Of a DNA stretch of 32,000 nucleotides, positions 23,639 through 31,398 are shown piece after piece; position 1 is the first letter of the stretch; the number at the start of each line of letters is the position of its first letter. Under the pieces are notes generated by a model, which saw nothing but the letters and a program-made list of their open reading frames with translations, had not been told where the DNA came from and searched no databases. The stretch is from Nitrososphaera viennensis EN76 (GTDB lineage: Archaea; Thermoproteota; Nitrososphaeria; Nitrososphaerales; Nitrososphaeraceae): assembly GCF_000698785.1 (NCBI RefSeq), contig NZ_CP007536.1, forward strand, positions 2,430,001 through 2,462,000, written 5' to 3'. Position numbers and translations under genes: made by a program.

Positions 23639-25429
23639 TCAAAGGTACCCGAACGCCGGGTCCTCTTTTCTCTTTAGCGCAACTATCAGATTGAATACTT
23701 CCTTTTCCTGATCGTTGAGCCTGTGGTTAAAGCGTTCTGCCAGCTGCTTGGCGTTGTGGCTGTTGATGTCCGTGTAGAAAACGTCTCCTTCATTAATCTG
23801 CCTGCCTATGGTGGGCTCTTTAAGCGAAACTGCCACCTGCATTCCGGTCGTGGCTTCCTCCATCGATTTTCCGCTGTCCTGGATCTGGTGCACGGTCCCC
23901 ACCTTCCTCCCCTCGACGTTTATCACCTGCACCTTCTGCCTGAGCTTGCCCACCTGGATCTCGGCGCCAAACACCGCCGGGTCGTTTCTGCGGAACACAA
24001 AGCCCTTCATGAACTGGAACCTGCAGATGGGCGGGATCTCGTTGAACAGTATCGACTCTTCGTGCTCCTTCTGGTACGTGACCCAGTCGACGTAGCTCCG
24101 GACGAGGTTGTAGATTATGCGCTCGTTGAATATCTTGACGCTCCTGTCCTGAGCCTCGCGTTCTGCGTCATCAAGGACCTTGACGTTAAAGCCGAGCACG
24201 ACTCCGTGGTAGCGGTCGCTCTCCCTGACGGCAGATGCTTCTATTATGTCGCGCCTTGTGATGCTGCCAATGTCGGCTGTCCTTATTGGGATGCTCTCTT
24301 TTTTCAGGAGGTCGATTATCGCCTCAAGGGAGCCTATTGTGTCGCACTTTAGTATGACGCCCGAAGTCTCGGTGCTGACGATCGCGTTCTTGATCTCGCC
24401 TTCCACGATTGACCTTAGCCGTTCCAGCTCGTCCTCGCCCTTGGCCTTGTCAAACACGTAGAGCGGGCTTCCGGCAAGCACGCCTTCGAGGTCCGGCGAC
24501 GTGACCTTTAATCCTGCTGCCGCTGTCACCTCGCTGACCGGCTTGAACTTGTCACGCGGGTCGCGCATCTCGTCAAGAGGCTTGGGCAGCAGCAGCGCCT
24601 TTACGCGCGTCTGCACCGCGCTGTCCCTCTTGGCGACTATTATGCTGTCGCCCTGCTTGAGCGTGCCGTCAAGAAGTATGATGTTTGCAGAAGGCCCAAG
24701 GCCGGGCTCCTCGTTTATCTCAAGCACGAGTCCCCGCGCCGCGCCTTCGTGGCGCTCTAGCCTCTTGCCCATGAACTGCTGCGTGAGGCCAACAAGGACA
24801 GCCAGGAGCTCGGGTATGCCGACCCCCGTCCTTGCGCTCACCGGGACTATGGCTATTTCCTTGGTAAAGTCCTTGACGCGCCAGAACGCCTCTGAGGGGA
24901 ACCCGAGCCTCGACAGCGAGCCGACAACGGTGTAGATCTTTTCGTCAAGCATCGTCTGGACGTCAGCGCTCTGCTTTTTTGCCTCCTCGGAAATGAACCT
25001 TGAGAAGGGGCGCCAGCCGGTCACCCTGTCCACCTTGTTTAGAGCGACTACAAAGGGCACCCTGCGCTTTTTGAGGATCTCGATGCTCTCTATCGTCTGC
25101 GCCTCAAAGCCCTTGTTCACGTCCGCGACAACGATTGCAATGTCTGCCGCCGACCCTCCCCTCATGCGCAGGTTTGCAAAAACCTCGTGACCCGGCGTGT
25201 CTATCACAAGCAGGCCTGGTATCGGGGTTTCTGACTTGGCAAGCCTGTCGTAAAGGGGGCCTGTGACTTCTTTTATGGTGTCAATAGGAAAAAAGCTTGC
25301 GCCGATGTGCTGGGTAATGCCTCCGACCTCGCGGGCCTGGACGGCTGTCCCGCGTATCTTGTCCAGTAGGGACGTCTTGCCCGAGTCTGCATGGCCTAGA
25401 ACTACTACTACTGGCTGCCTAAGTTCCAA
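23639..25429 (-). CDS. infB: Translation initiation factor aIF5B (IF2 homologue)
   Basis: Has the G-domain motifs VVVLGHADSGKTSLLDKIR, DTPGHE and NKVD. The apparent start is TTG, 6 nt after the ndk stop. Confidence 0.95.
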   Translation of the reverse strand: MELRQPVVVVLGHADSGKTSLLDKIRGTAVQAREVGGITQHIGASFFPIDTIKEVTGPLYDRLAKSETPIPGLLVIDTPGHEVFANLRMRGGSAADIAIVVADVNKGFEAQTIESIEILKKRRVPFVVALNKVDRVTGWRPFSRFISEEAKKQSADVQTMLDEKIYTVVGSLSRLGFPSEAFWRVKDFTKEIAIVPVSARTGVGIPELLAVLVGLTQQFMGKRLERHEGAARGLVLEINEEPGLGPSANIILLDGTLKQGDSIIVAKRDSAVQTRVKALLLPKPLDEMRDPRDKFKPVSEVTAAAGLKVTSPDLEGVLAGSPLYVFDKAKGEDELERLRSIVEGEIKNAIVSTETSGVILKCDTIGSLEAIIDLLKKESIPIRTADIGSITRRDIIEASAVRESDRYHGVVLGFNVKVLDDAEREAQDRSVKIFNERIIYNLVRSYVDWVTYQKEHEESILFNEIPPICRFQFMKGFVFRRNDPAVFGAEIQVGKLRQKVQVINVEGRKVGTVHQIQDSGKSMEEATTGMQVAVSLKEPTIGRQINEGDVFYTDINSHNAKQLAERFNHRLNDQEKEVFNLIVALKRKEDPAFGYL

Positions 25430-25435
25430 GGGTCG

Positions 25436-25840
25436 CTAGCCGAAAATGACTCGCGACTCTTTTATGAAGCTTTCAGGCGAGTCGGAAGCGTGGATGATGT
25501 TGTCGGTAAAGCCGAGGCCAAAGTCGCCCCTGATAGTCCCGGGCGCCGCCTCAAACGACTTGGTCGCCCCTATCATTATCCTTGTCGTGGCGACCGCGTT
25601 GTTGCCTTCAAGAATGCAGGCGACCACCGGGCCGGAGGATATGAACGACACGAGGTCGCCAAAGAACGGCTTGTCCTTGTGGACAGAGTAAAACTCTTGC
25701 GCCTTTTCCTTTGTAAAGTTGTAGTATTTCAGGTTCTTTATCACAAAGCCCTTTTCCTCAAAGCGGGCCAGGACCTTGCCGGTCAGGCTGCGCCTAAAGC
25801 CGTCTGGCTTGACAACTATGAGTGTCTGCTCGACTGCCAT
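25436..25840 (-). CDS. ndk: Nucleoside diphosphate kinase
   Basis: Carries [27 protein letters not shown] and NIIHASDS, which holds the active-site His. Confidence 0.95.
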   Translation of the reverse strand: MAVEQTLIVVKPDGFRRSLTGKVLARFEEKGFVIKNLKYYNFTKEKAQEFYSVHKDKPFFGDLVSFISSGPVVACILEGNNAVATTRIMIGATKSFEAAPGTIRGDFGLGFTDNIIHASDSPESFIKESRVIFG

Positions 25841-25849
25841 CTAAAAATC

Positions 25850-26062
25850 TCACTTCTTTGTGCGCAGGCCGCCCTTGACGTACTTGCTGGTCCACTTTAG
25901 CCTTCTCGGATCGCGCTTTAGCAGGCGCAGGTTCTTCTTGCACTTGCTGGAGCACGTCCACTGCACCTGGCCGTCGTTTCTGACCAGCATGATGCCGTGA
26001 CCTGCCGTTATGTGGCGACCGCAGAAGAAGCAGTTGCGAAGAGATGTTGCTTGCTTGCTCAT
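25850..26062 (-). CDS. rpl24e: 50S ribosomal protein L24e (eL24)
   Basis: CFFCGRHITAGHGIMLVRNDGQVQWTCSSKCKKN is the L24e zinc-ribbon sequence. Confidence 0.93.
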   Translation of the reverse strand: MSKQATSLRNCFFCGRHITAGHGIMLVRNDGQVQWTCSSKCKKNLRLLKRDPRRLKWTSKYVKGGLRTKK

Positions 26063-26072
26063 TTCTATATTA

Positions 26073-26291
26073 TCACCTTATTTTGCGAGCCTCGCGCTCG
26101 GTTTCCCTCAGCATGAGGATGTCCTTCATCCTGACTGCGCCCTTGACGTTTCTTGTCAGGATGCGGCCCCTGTCCTTGCCCTCGAGAACCTTGACTCTTA
26201 CCTGTATGACCTCGCCTGCAATGCCCGTCCTGCCGACGATCTGGATGACCTCGGCGGGGACGACCTTTTCTTCAGCTGCCTTGCTGCTCAT
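26073..26291 (-). CDS. rps28e: 30S ribosomal protein S28e (eS28)
   Basis: [39 protein letters not shown] is typical of S28e. Confidence 0.93.
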   Translation of the reverse strand: MSSKAAEEKVVPAEVIQIVGRTGIAGEVIQVRVKVLEGKDRGRILTRNVKGAVRMKDILMLRETEREARKIR

Positions 26292-26321
26292 AATTTATCT
26301 GGCACCTGCCTCTCGCCGTTT

Positions 26322-26702
26322 CTACTCCTTCTTTGCCTTCAAACCTGCGATGGAGTTGACTACCTGCTCGACGATGTGCTGGGCCTCGCCTGCCTCTACG
26401 ATTGTGGCGGCGGCGGATCCGACGTCGATGCCAAGCGACATGCCAAGCTGCTGCTTGCTTGGGACAAATATGTAGGAAGCGTTCCTCTCTTCGCAGAGTA
26501 TCGGCAGGTGCGCCACCACCTCTGGCGGCTCGACGTCCTCGGCAATGACTACGAGCTTGGAAATTCCGCGCTCGATTGCCTTGGTCGTCTCGTTCGTGCC
26601 CTTGCGGACCTTGCCGCTCTGCTTTGCCACGCGCACAGCCTCGTAGGCCGCGTTGGCCAGGTCTTTTGAAACTTCAAATTTTACGAAATATGGTTTGCTC
26701 AT
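26322..26702 (-). CDS. rpl7ae: 50S ribosomal protein L7Ae (K-turn-binding protein)
   Basis: VRKGTNETTKAIERG..KLVVIAEDVEPPEVVAHLPILCEE is typical of L7Ae. Confidence 0.95.
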   Translation of the reverse strand: MSKPYFVKFEVSKDLANAAYEAVRVAKQSGKVRKGTNETTKAIERGISKLVVIAEDVEPPEVVAHLPILCEERNASYIFVPSKQQLGMSLGIDVGSAAATIVEAGEAQHIVEQVVNSIAGLKAKKE

Positions 26703-26726
26703 GATATCACCCTATGGGATCATCCG
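26703..26726 (-). promoter_or_regulatory. Hairpin with tandem G.A/A.G plus U.U pairs (K-turn/K-loop-like) in the L7Ae 5' leader, abutting the start codon
   Basis: The mRNA sense reads GGAUGAUCCC-AUA-GGGUGAUAUC-AUG. The pairs are CCC/GGG, U.U, A.G, G.A and GAU/AUC, with one bulged U. A T/A-rich box (about 26753-26761) lies ~27 nt upstream. Confidence 0.3.
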
Positions 26727-26775
26727 ATTGCTTTCTAGTTGATTCAAAGGCGTATTAAAAACGTTGTCAATACGC

Positions 26776-28146
26776 TCATTGTGCCATTTTCGACCTCACG
26801 ATCCTCGAATATTCGTCTACCTTGGAGTCAAGGAGCGCCCTGTCTGTCGACTCGGCGTACATGCGTATCAAAGGCTCCGTGCCACTTGGCCTCACCATAA
26901 GCCACGTCTCGTCGTCGATCCATATCTTGACCCCGTCCATAGTCTCTATCCTCTTTGGGCTTCCGTGCTCCATGCACGCTTGTACCACCTTCTCGACAAC
27001 CTCGCGGGAGCTGCACACGAACTTTGTCTTTAGCTGGAACGTCCTTGGAAGCTTTTCCACGAGCTGCGAAAACGACTCGCCGGCAGCTGCAAGCATGTCA
27101 AGCACGAGCGCCGCCGTCATGGCGCCGTCCCTCACCTCGTTTATCGGCCCGTACATGAAACCGCCGTTTTCCTCAAGGCCCATCGGCGCCTTGCGCCTTA
27201 CCATCTCCCTTGACACCTCGACGCTCCCGACCTTGGTGTGCACGACCTTCAGCCCCGCCTCTTCTGCGACCTTTGAGAGCACCATCGACGTGTTTACCGG
27301 GCAGACTATCTCGGCGCCTTTGTGCCTCTGCGCAAGCAGGTTCTTTGCCAAGAGCGAGCCGGTCTTGTCGCCCCAGTAGATGCTTCCCCTATCGTCGCAA
27401 AAGATGCTCCTGTCGCCGTCGCCGTCAAACGCGACGCCAAAGTCCGCCCTGCCGTTTCTGACGGCCTCTGCTAGCACGCCCAGGTTGTCCGGCGTGGGCT
27501 CTGATCCCCTGCCGGGAAAGTCGCCGTCGATGTCTCCGTTGATGACTAGTACTTTGCAGCCAAGCTTTTTTGCGATTATCGGGGCGACGACAGCCTGCGC
27601 GCCGTTTCCTGTGTCCATTGCCACTGTAAAGTTCCTGGCGCGAATCCTGTCGGCGTCGACAAGTGACAGCACCTTTTCCATGTATGCGGGAATGACGCTG
27701 TCGTCCACGTACTGGCGGCCGTGCCCTGCCGTCGTCGCAAACTTTTTCGAATGATAAATGTCCTCGACTGCCAGCTCGTCTTCCCGCGATATCTCCACGC
27801 CGTCTGATGCCGCAGGCTTGATGCCGTTGTACTCTGGCGGGTTGTGCGACGCCGTAATCATGATGCCTCCGTTGTAGCCGAGCCTCTTTGCGGCATGCTG
27901 CAGGCACGGAGTCGGGACCAGCCCCGCGTCGGCAACGTCAAGGCCTGCCGAGTTGAGCGTCGCGCGCACCAGCCTTGAAACCGCCGGGCTGGACCTGCGT
28001 CCGTCGTACCCGACCACTATGGGGCCCTTTTTGTAATACGTGGCAATAGCGTACGTCAGATCAATGACAAGGTCGCTTGTGAAATCCTTGCCCCAAACGC
28101 CTCGCACCCCGTTTGTACCAAATAGTCTTGCTCTTTGCTGATGCAT
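26776..28146 (-). CDS. Phosphohexomutase (phosphoglucosamine/phosphomannomutase family)
   Basis: Starts MHQQRARLFGTNGVRGV. It has the active-site loop TASHNPPEYNGIK, the metal loop DGDGDR and GTEPLIR. The start is set to ATG 28146 because the longer track ORF overlaps tRNA-Leu. Confidence 0.9.
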   Translation of the reverse strand: MHQQRARLFGTNGVRGVWGKDFTSDLVIDLTYAIATYYKKGPIVVGYDGRRSSPAVSRLVRATLNSAGLDVADAGLVPTPCLQHAAKRLGYNGGIMITASHNPPEYNGIKPAASDGVEISREDELAVEDIYHSKKFATTAGHGRQYVDDSVIPAYMEKVLSLVDADRIRARNFTVAMDTGNGAQAVVAPIIAKKLGCKVLVINGDIDGDFPGRGSEPTPDNLGVLAEAVRNGRADFGVAFDGDGDRSIFCDDRGSIYWGDKTGSLLAKNLLAQRHKGAEIVCPVNTSMVLSKVAEEAGLKVVHTKVGSVEVSREMVRRKAPMGLEENGGFMYGPINEVRDGAMTAALVLDMLAAAGESFSQLVEKLPRTFQLKTKFVCSSREVVEKVVQACMEHGSPKRIETMDGVKIWIDDETWLMVRPSGTEPLIRMYAESTDRALLDSKVDEYSRIVRSKMAQ

Positions 28147-28171
28147 CCGCAGAGGATGCAATGTGACAATA

Positions 28172-28180
28172 GATAAATTT
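28172..28180. promoter_or_regulatory. Near-symmetric T/A box GATAAATTT placed to serve both tRNA-Leu (+) and the phosphohexomutase gene (-)
   Basis: It is centred ~27-34 nt from the tRNA 5' end (28210) and ~27-30 nt from ATG 28146 on the other strand. It is the only T/A-rich element in the 63-bp spacer. Confidence 0.3.
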
Positions 28181-28209
28181 GGCTGCTGCCCGCTTGTGCA
28201 GGTGCGCGC

Positions 28210-28320
28210 GCGGGGGTCGCCAAGCCCGGTCAACGGCGCAGGGCTTAGAATGGGTATGCATTAGCCCCTACAACCCTGTTCCTTAGGGATTCGTGGGTTC
28301 AAATCCCACCCCCCGCACCA
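28210..28320 (+). tRNA. tRNA-Leu (anticodon UAG), type II with long variable arm, ~23-nt intron at 37/38, CCA encoded
   Basis: Hand fold: acceptor GCGGGGG/CCCCCGC, 3-bp D stem GCC/GGC, anticodon stem CAGGG/CCCTG, loop CTTAGAA, intron TGGGTATGCATTAGCCCCTACAA, variable arm TCC-TTAG-GGA, T arm GTGGG-TTCAAAT-CCCAC, discriminator A, CCA. Confidence 0.9.
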
Positions 28321-28371
28321 CTTCTCTTTTATACTCGCATGTGTGCGCGTTTCCAGTGGACTACAAATACA

Positions 28372-28379
28372 AGCGTAGT
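28372..28379 (+). repeat. Left copy of the 8-bp target-site duplication AGCGTAGT
   Basis: Identical to 31610-31617 and directly abutting the left terminal inverted repeat. Confidence 0.8.
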
Positions 28380-28429
28380 GGTTCTGTTGAATCTTCGGGT
28401 GTTGGAATTGGGTGTTGAATTTTGGGTGG
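28380..28429 (+). repeat. Left terminal inverted repeat (50 bp)
   Basis: GGTTCTGTTGAATCTTCGGGTGTTGGAATTGGGTGTTGAATTTTGGGTGG is the exact reverse complement of 31560-31609. Imperfect similarity continues ~9 bp inward. Confidence 0.9.
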
Positions 28430-28528
28430 CAGGCAACCCCCTCTCCCAAGAGCTCGCTGTTAAATAGCACCTCATAGAAACCCGCATTGTTGAAAAGAAG
28501 ATTCTATACGGCCATAAGTGGTTTAGAT

Positions 28529-29464
28529 ATGAAAATTGACAGATTACAAGTAGGCAACGTAACTTTCGTTAGATCGCATTCACAAATACCTGAAGACACT
28601 CTAGCTCAGAAAGCCTTTAGTAAACTAATGGCAACAACTCCCGATGATCTAAATTTATTCGAATGTATGCTAAAAGACAAATTTACAAAATGTGCGATAG
28701 CTGTTATCGATGTTGAAGCTGATGACGAAAAGACAGCTGAAGAAGTCTCCGAGGATGAGATTGAGAAAGCACTGAATGTTCTGAGATTCTATCTAGCAGG
28801 GTTATCTGAGAACGATCCTTTCTTTTACAAGATGTTCATTGGAATTGAAGGCATAACCAATACTGGACTCACTGCGACCGTAATTATTGATGATGATAAT
28901 CAAAAATTCTTCTTTTCTTCGAGCAGAAAAGGAGCTCATAGAGGGTACGAGCTTGATTCGACCAAGTATCAGAAAATGCTTGACTTTCACTTTGAAAGAG
29001 TGAGTGCGATTCTGGCAACACCTGAAGATTCTAGAAGCCAGATGGAAAATAGCATATTGACATCGATAATATTTTTTGGTTCAGGGATGAATGAGCGTTT
29101 GCTCCGCAATACTTTTGTCAGTTTTGTTATTGCATTAGAATCTTGTCTATTGAGAAGATGTGAGAAAGACAAGTCGGGAAACATTGCCAATGGAATGTGC
29201 GCAATGTTACAGATTAAGCCTGAATATAGGCGAGCTATCCACGAAAAGGTTGAATCGTATTATGATATACGATCAGACATAGTTCATGAAGGTGTAGATA
29301 ATGTTGTAGAAGGAATGGTGTTCGAAATTTGCTATTTGACCTTCAATACAATAATGCGTCTAGTTGCCCATAGTAAGGAAATCAAGGATAAGGATGAATT
29401 GAGAAAGAAGATACGTGAGGAATTAAAAGAAATAAATAGAAAAACCAAGGCCCAATGCACCTAG
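28529..29464 (+). CDS. HEPN-type (RxxxxH) protein with an unknown N-terminal domain; Apea-like/Abi-like putative RNase
   Basis: ATG lies at 28529; the track start 28487 is TTG. The C-terminal helical region is FVSFVIALESCLL...VESYYDIRSDIVHEGV (R-x4-H followed by E-G). The N-terminal ~190 aa are beta-rich with no motif recognised. Confidence 0.6.
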   Translation: MKIDRLQVGNVTFVRSHSQIPEDTLAQKAFSKLMATTPDDLNLFECMLKDKFTKCAIAVIDVEADDEKTAEEVSEDEIEKALNVLRFYLAGLSENDPFFYKMFIGIEGITNTGLTATVIIDDDNQKFFFSSSRKGAHRGYELDSTKYQKMLDFHFERVSAILATPEDSRSQMENSILTSIIFFGSGMNERLLRNTFVSFVIALESCLLRRCEKDKSGNIANGMCAMLQIKPEYRRAIHEKVESYYDIRSDIVHEGVDNVVEGMVFEICYLTFNTIMRLVAHSKEIKDKDELRKKIREELKEINRKTKAQCT

Positions 29465-29481
29465 ATTTCGTCTCCTTTACA

Positions 29482-30639
29482 TCATAAACCGTTTGAACCT
29501 CTCACGGCTCTTCCCAACAGTTCTTTCCATCCATTGACATCTAGACCCGCGACCTGTCCCGGCGTTTTTCCGTCTAGTGCTATATGTGGCTTTACGAAAT
29601 TGTACTGTATTCTCTGCCCGTCAATAATCGGCGTTTCAACCGTCTTTAGGCCACGCAGTACCTTTGTCCTTTCCCGTACAGTGCCATTCATCCTTTCAAT
29701 CCTGTTATTGTTGGCAGTCTTTTTCCGTATGCCGCTCTGTACGCGCTCTGCGTTTGGAAACACCTTCACGCCTGAATGATAGTGCCTTAGCGCGTCAGTA
29801 TGCACCTTCTCAGGCGTTATGCCGTGAGCGTTCTTGGCAGCTTCTTTGAAGGCATCTATTGCAGCAACCACATCTCTTTTCTCGGTCAGCTTTGACGCTA
29901 TCAAAAAGCGCGTTTCCCTGTCCATGATGTTCCAGAGAAAGCCCATGCTGTACCCGTGCTGCATAACATTTCCGTCTCTTGTCCTTATGAAAACCTCGTC
30001 AGCGTGCCATGTCGTTGATAATTGAGGCGCTAGGCTGTTTACGTACTCTGTTATTATCGGGATGTACTTCTGAATCCAAGTGTAGATTGTGGAATAGTTT
30101 ATGTCGATTCTAAAGTGGTCAGACAGGTTGCGTGCAATCTTTCTTAGTGATAGCCCCGAAAAGTACAAGTCCAGAGTCAGGGTTACTAGCTCTGGACTGA
30201 ATTTCGCTTTCTTGAGCAATGATGGCTCGGTGAATTTGTGTTGGCAGTCCTTGCACTTGAAAACCTGTTTGCCGCTTGACTGGCCGTACCTGATTGTACG
30301 GATGGAACCGCAGCGATCGCATGGAATAGCATCTTCCGCAAACACTTTCGGCTTTGGTTCGTCGCGCAGGTACGTCTTTGTGGCTATCATCATGCGTACA
30401 GCGAAAATATGTTTGCAGGCTTCCACCTGTCGGTATTCAAAATCGGGGCAGGTACAGACCCAGCTTTGGCCTATGAGCCTGACTTCATAGCTCATGGAGC
30501 CCATCTGAGAAGGCACCTGAAAGCTCCCGTCTTGGTTTTCGACTATATTCTTGCTATTGCTTTCAAGCAGCTCCAGCCCTCTCTTCATCCGTGCTTGCGA
30601 ATCGTATGCGGATTTTTGTGGTTGCATTAGTATGGTCAT
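29482..30639 (-). CDS. DDE transposase, IS6-family-like, with an N-terminal SWIM zinc finger and zinc ribbon
   Basis: The SWIM finger is WVCTCPDFEYRQVEACKHIF and the ribbon is CDRCGS...FKCKDCQHKF. The DDE region reads WHADEVFIRT...FLWNIMDRETRF...VHTDALRHY...NNRIERMNGTVRERTKVLRGLKT. The start is ambiguous (ATG at 30684, 30639 or 30627). Confidence 0.85.
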   Translation of the reverse strand: MTILMQPQKSAYDSQARMKRGLELLESNSKNIVENQDGSFQVPSQMGSMSYEVRLIGQSWVCTCPDFEYRQVEACKHIFAVRMMIATKTYLRDEPKPKVFAEDAIPCDRCGSIRTIRYGQSSGKQVFKCKDCQHKFTEPSLLKKAKFSPELVTLTLDLYFSGLSLRKIARNLSDHFRIDINYSTIYTWIQKYIPIITEYVNSLAPQLSTTWHADEVFIRTRDGNVMQHGYSMGFLWNIMDRETRFLIASKLTEKRDVVAAIDAFKEAAKNAHGITPEKVHTDALRHYHSGVKVFPNAERVQSGIRKKTANNNRIERMNGTVRERTKVLRGLKTVETPIIDGQRIQYNFVKPHIALDGKTPGQVAGLDVNGWKELLGRAVRGSNGL

Positions 30640-30655
30640 TAGTATTATCATACTA
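30640..30655. repeat. Palindrome TAGTAT-TATC-ATACTA abutting transposase ATG 30639; operator candidate
   Basis: Read directly. The same hexamer recurs at 30628-30633 (TAGTAT) and 30706-30711 (ATACTA) in the region between the divergent transposase and AbrB-like starts. Confidence 0.45.
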
Positions 30656-30721
30656 TGATTAATATAAAGATTATGTTGTATCATAATACATATATTATAG
30701 TCTGCATACTAAGTGCTGTAT

Positions 30722-30925
30722 ATGCCAGTGAAATATACCGTGACTGTTACCTCAGTGGGTAGCAGTTCTGTCATAGTGGTTCCAAAGCCAGTACTGGAAG
30801 GATTTGGCTTGAAAAAGGGCGACAAGGTTGATCTGATTGTACGCGATGACGGCATCTACATTCCGATTGCTCCACAAGACAAGGGCATCGTTGAGCCAAC
30901 AATAAAAGAGGACGAGGTTTCTTGA
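30722..30925 (+). CDS. SpoVT/AbrB-type (MazE-like) DNA-binding protein
   Basis: MPVKYTVTVTSVGSSSVIVVPKPVLEGFGLKKGDKVDLIVRDDGIYI shows the swapped-hairpin AbrB pattern. ATG lies at 30722; the track start 30713 is GTG. Confidence 0.7.
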   Translation: MPVKYTVTVTSVGSSSVIVVPKPVLEGFGLKKGDKVDLIVRDDGIYIPIAPQDKGIVEPTIKEDEVS

Positions 30926-31398
30926 CCGAGGCCAAGCGTGAATATAGAAAGGCTGTCAATTTCGCTACAGTTTACGCAGACGGAGCTATCGTTCATTTCG
31001 GGCTGGATACATGCAGGATCATATTCTATACAGAAGAGATCGAGATCGAGGAAGATGGTTCGGGCATCGCAAATAACAAGAGCGTTGCCTTACTGAAGTA
31101 TGAGGTCGTTTTGCCTAGGAGTATTCTCAAACACATGGCTACAGAAACGTACAAGCTCGGCCAATTAGAACACTATGCGATTAAAATCGAAAGGTCAAAG
31201 CACGACACCGACGAGAGGGTTACGCAAGCATACTGGGAATTTGACAAGGAACTAGGCTCCATCTATTTTGACACCTACAAGGACTTGGCTAATCAGCAGA
31301 TTCGCGGACTAGCTGACAAGTTTAACGATTTGACGGCTATCGCGGGTCTCAGAAAAGAGGATTTAGAATCAGAGGGGAACGCTGATGAAAATGAATGA
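30922..31398 (+). CDS. Hypothetical 158-aa protein translationally coupled to the AbrB-like gene
   Basis: A TTG start overlaps the AbrB-like stop (TTGA). There is no in-frame ATG until residue ~72. No toxin motif (PIN, MazF, RelE, Doc) was recognised. The C-terminus is acidic. Confidence 0.55.
   Translation: MTEAKREYRKAVNFATVYADGAIVHFGLDTCRIIFYTEEIEIEEDGSGIANNKSVALLKYEVVLPRSILKHMATETYKLGQLEHYAIKIERSKHDTDERVTQAYWEFDKELGSIYFDTYKDLANQQIRGLADKFNDLTAIAGLRKEDLESEGNADENE

Noticed and set aside
23723-25190. Plus-strand ORFs (209, 95, 71, 144 and 65 aa) opposite aIF5B
   Set aside because: They are antisense to a G-domain-bearing aIF5B CDS and have no motifs.
26010-26669. 219-aa and 143-aa plus-strand ORFs spanning the L24e/S28e/L7Ae genes
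   Set aside because: They cross three well-supported ribosomal protein genes and their intergenic gaps on the opposite strand, so they are artefacts.
26822-27907. ORFs antisense to or out of frame with the phosphohexomutase gene (185, 124, 160, 83 and 67 aa)
   Set aside because: The minus-strand 457-aa frame carries all phosphohexomutase motifs. The alternatives are Arg/Ser/Pro-rich shadows.
28147-28233. N-terminal 29-codon extension of the phosphohexomutase ORF (track start 28233)
   Set aside because: It would overlap the 5' part of tRNA-Leu, and the family-typical N-terminus (MHQQRARLFGTNGVRG) begins at ATG 28146.
28261-28470. 69-aa minus-strand ORF
   Set aside because: It is composed of the antisense of the tRNA-Leu 3' half plus the left TIR. 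The right TIR copy is read in a different frame, so the repeat is not conserved as coding.
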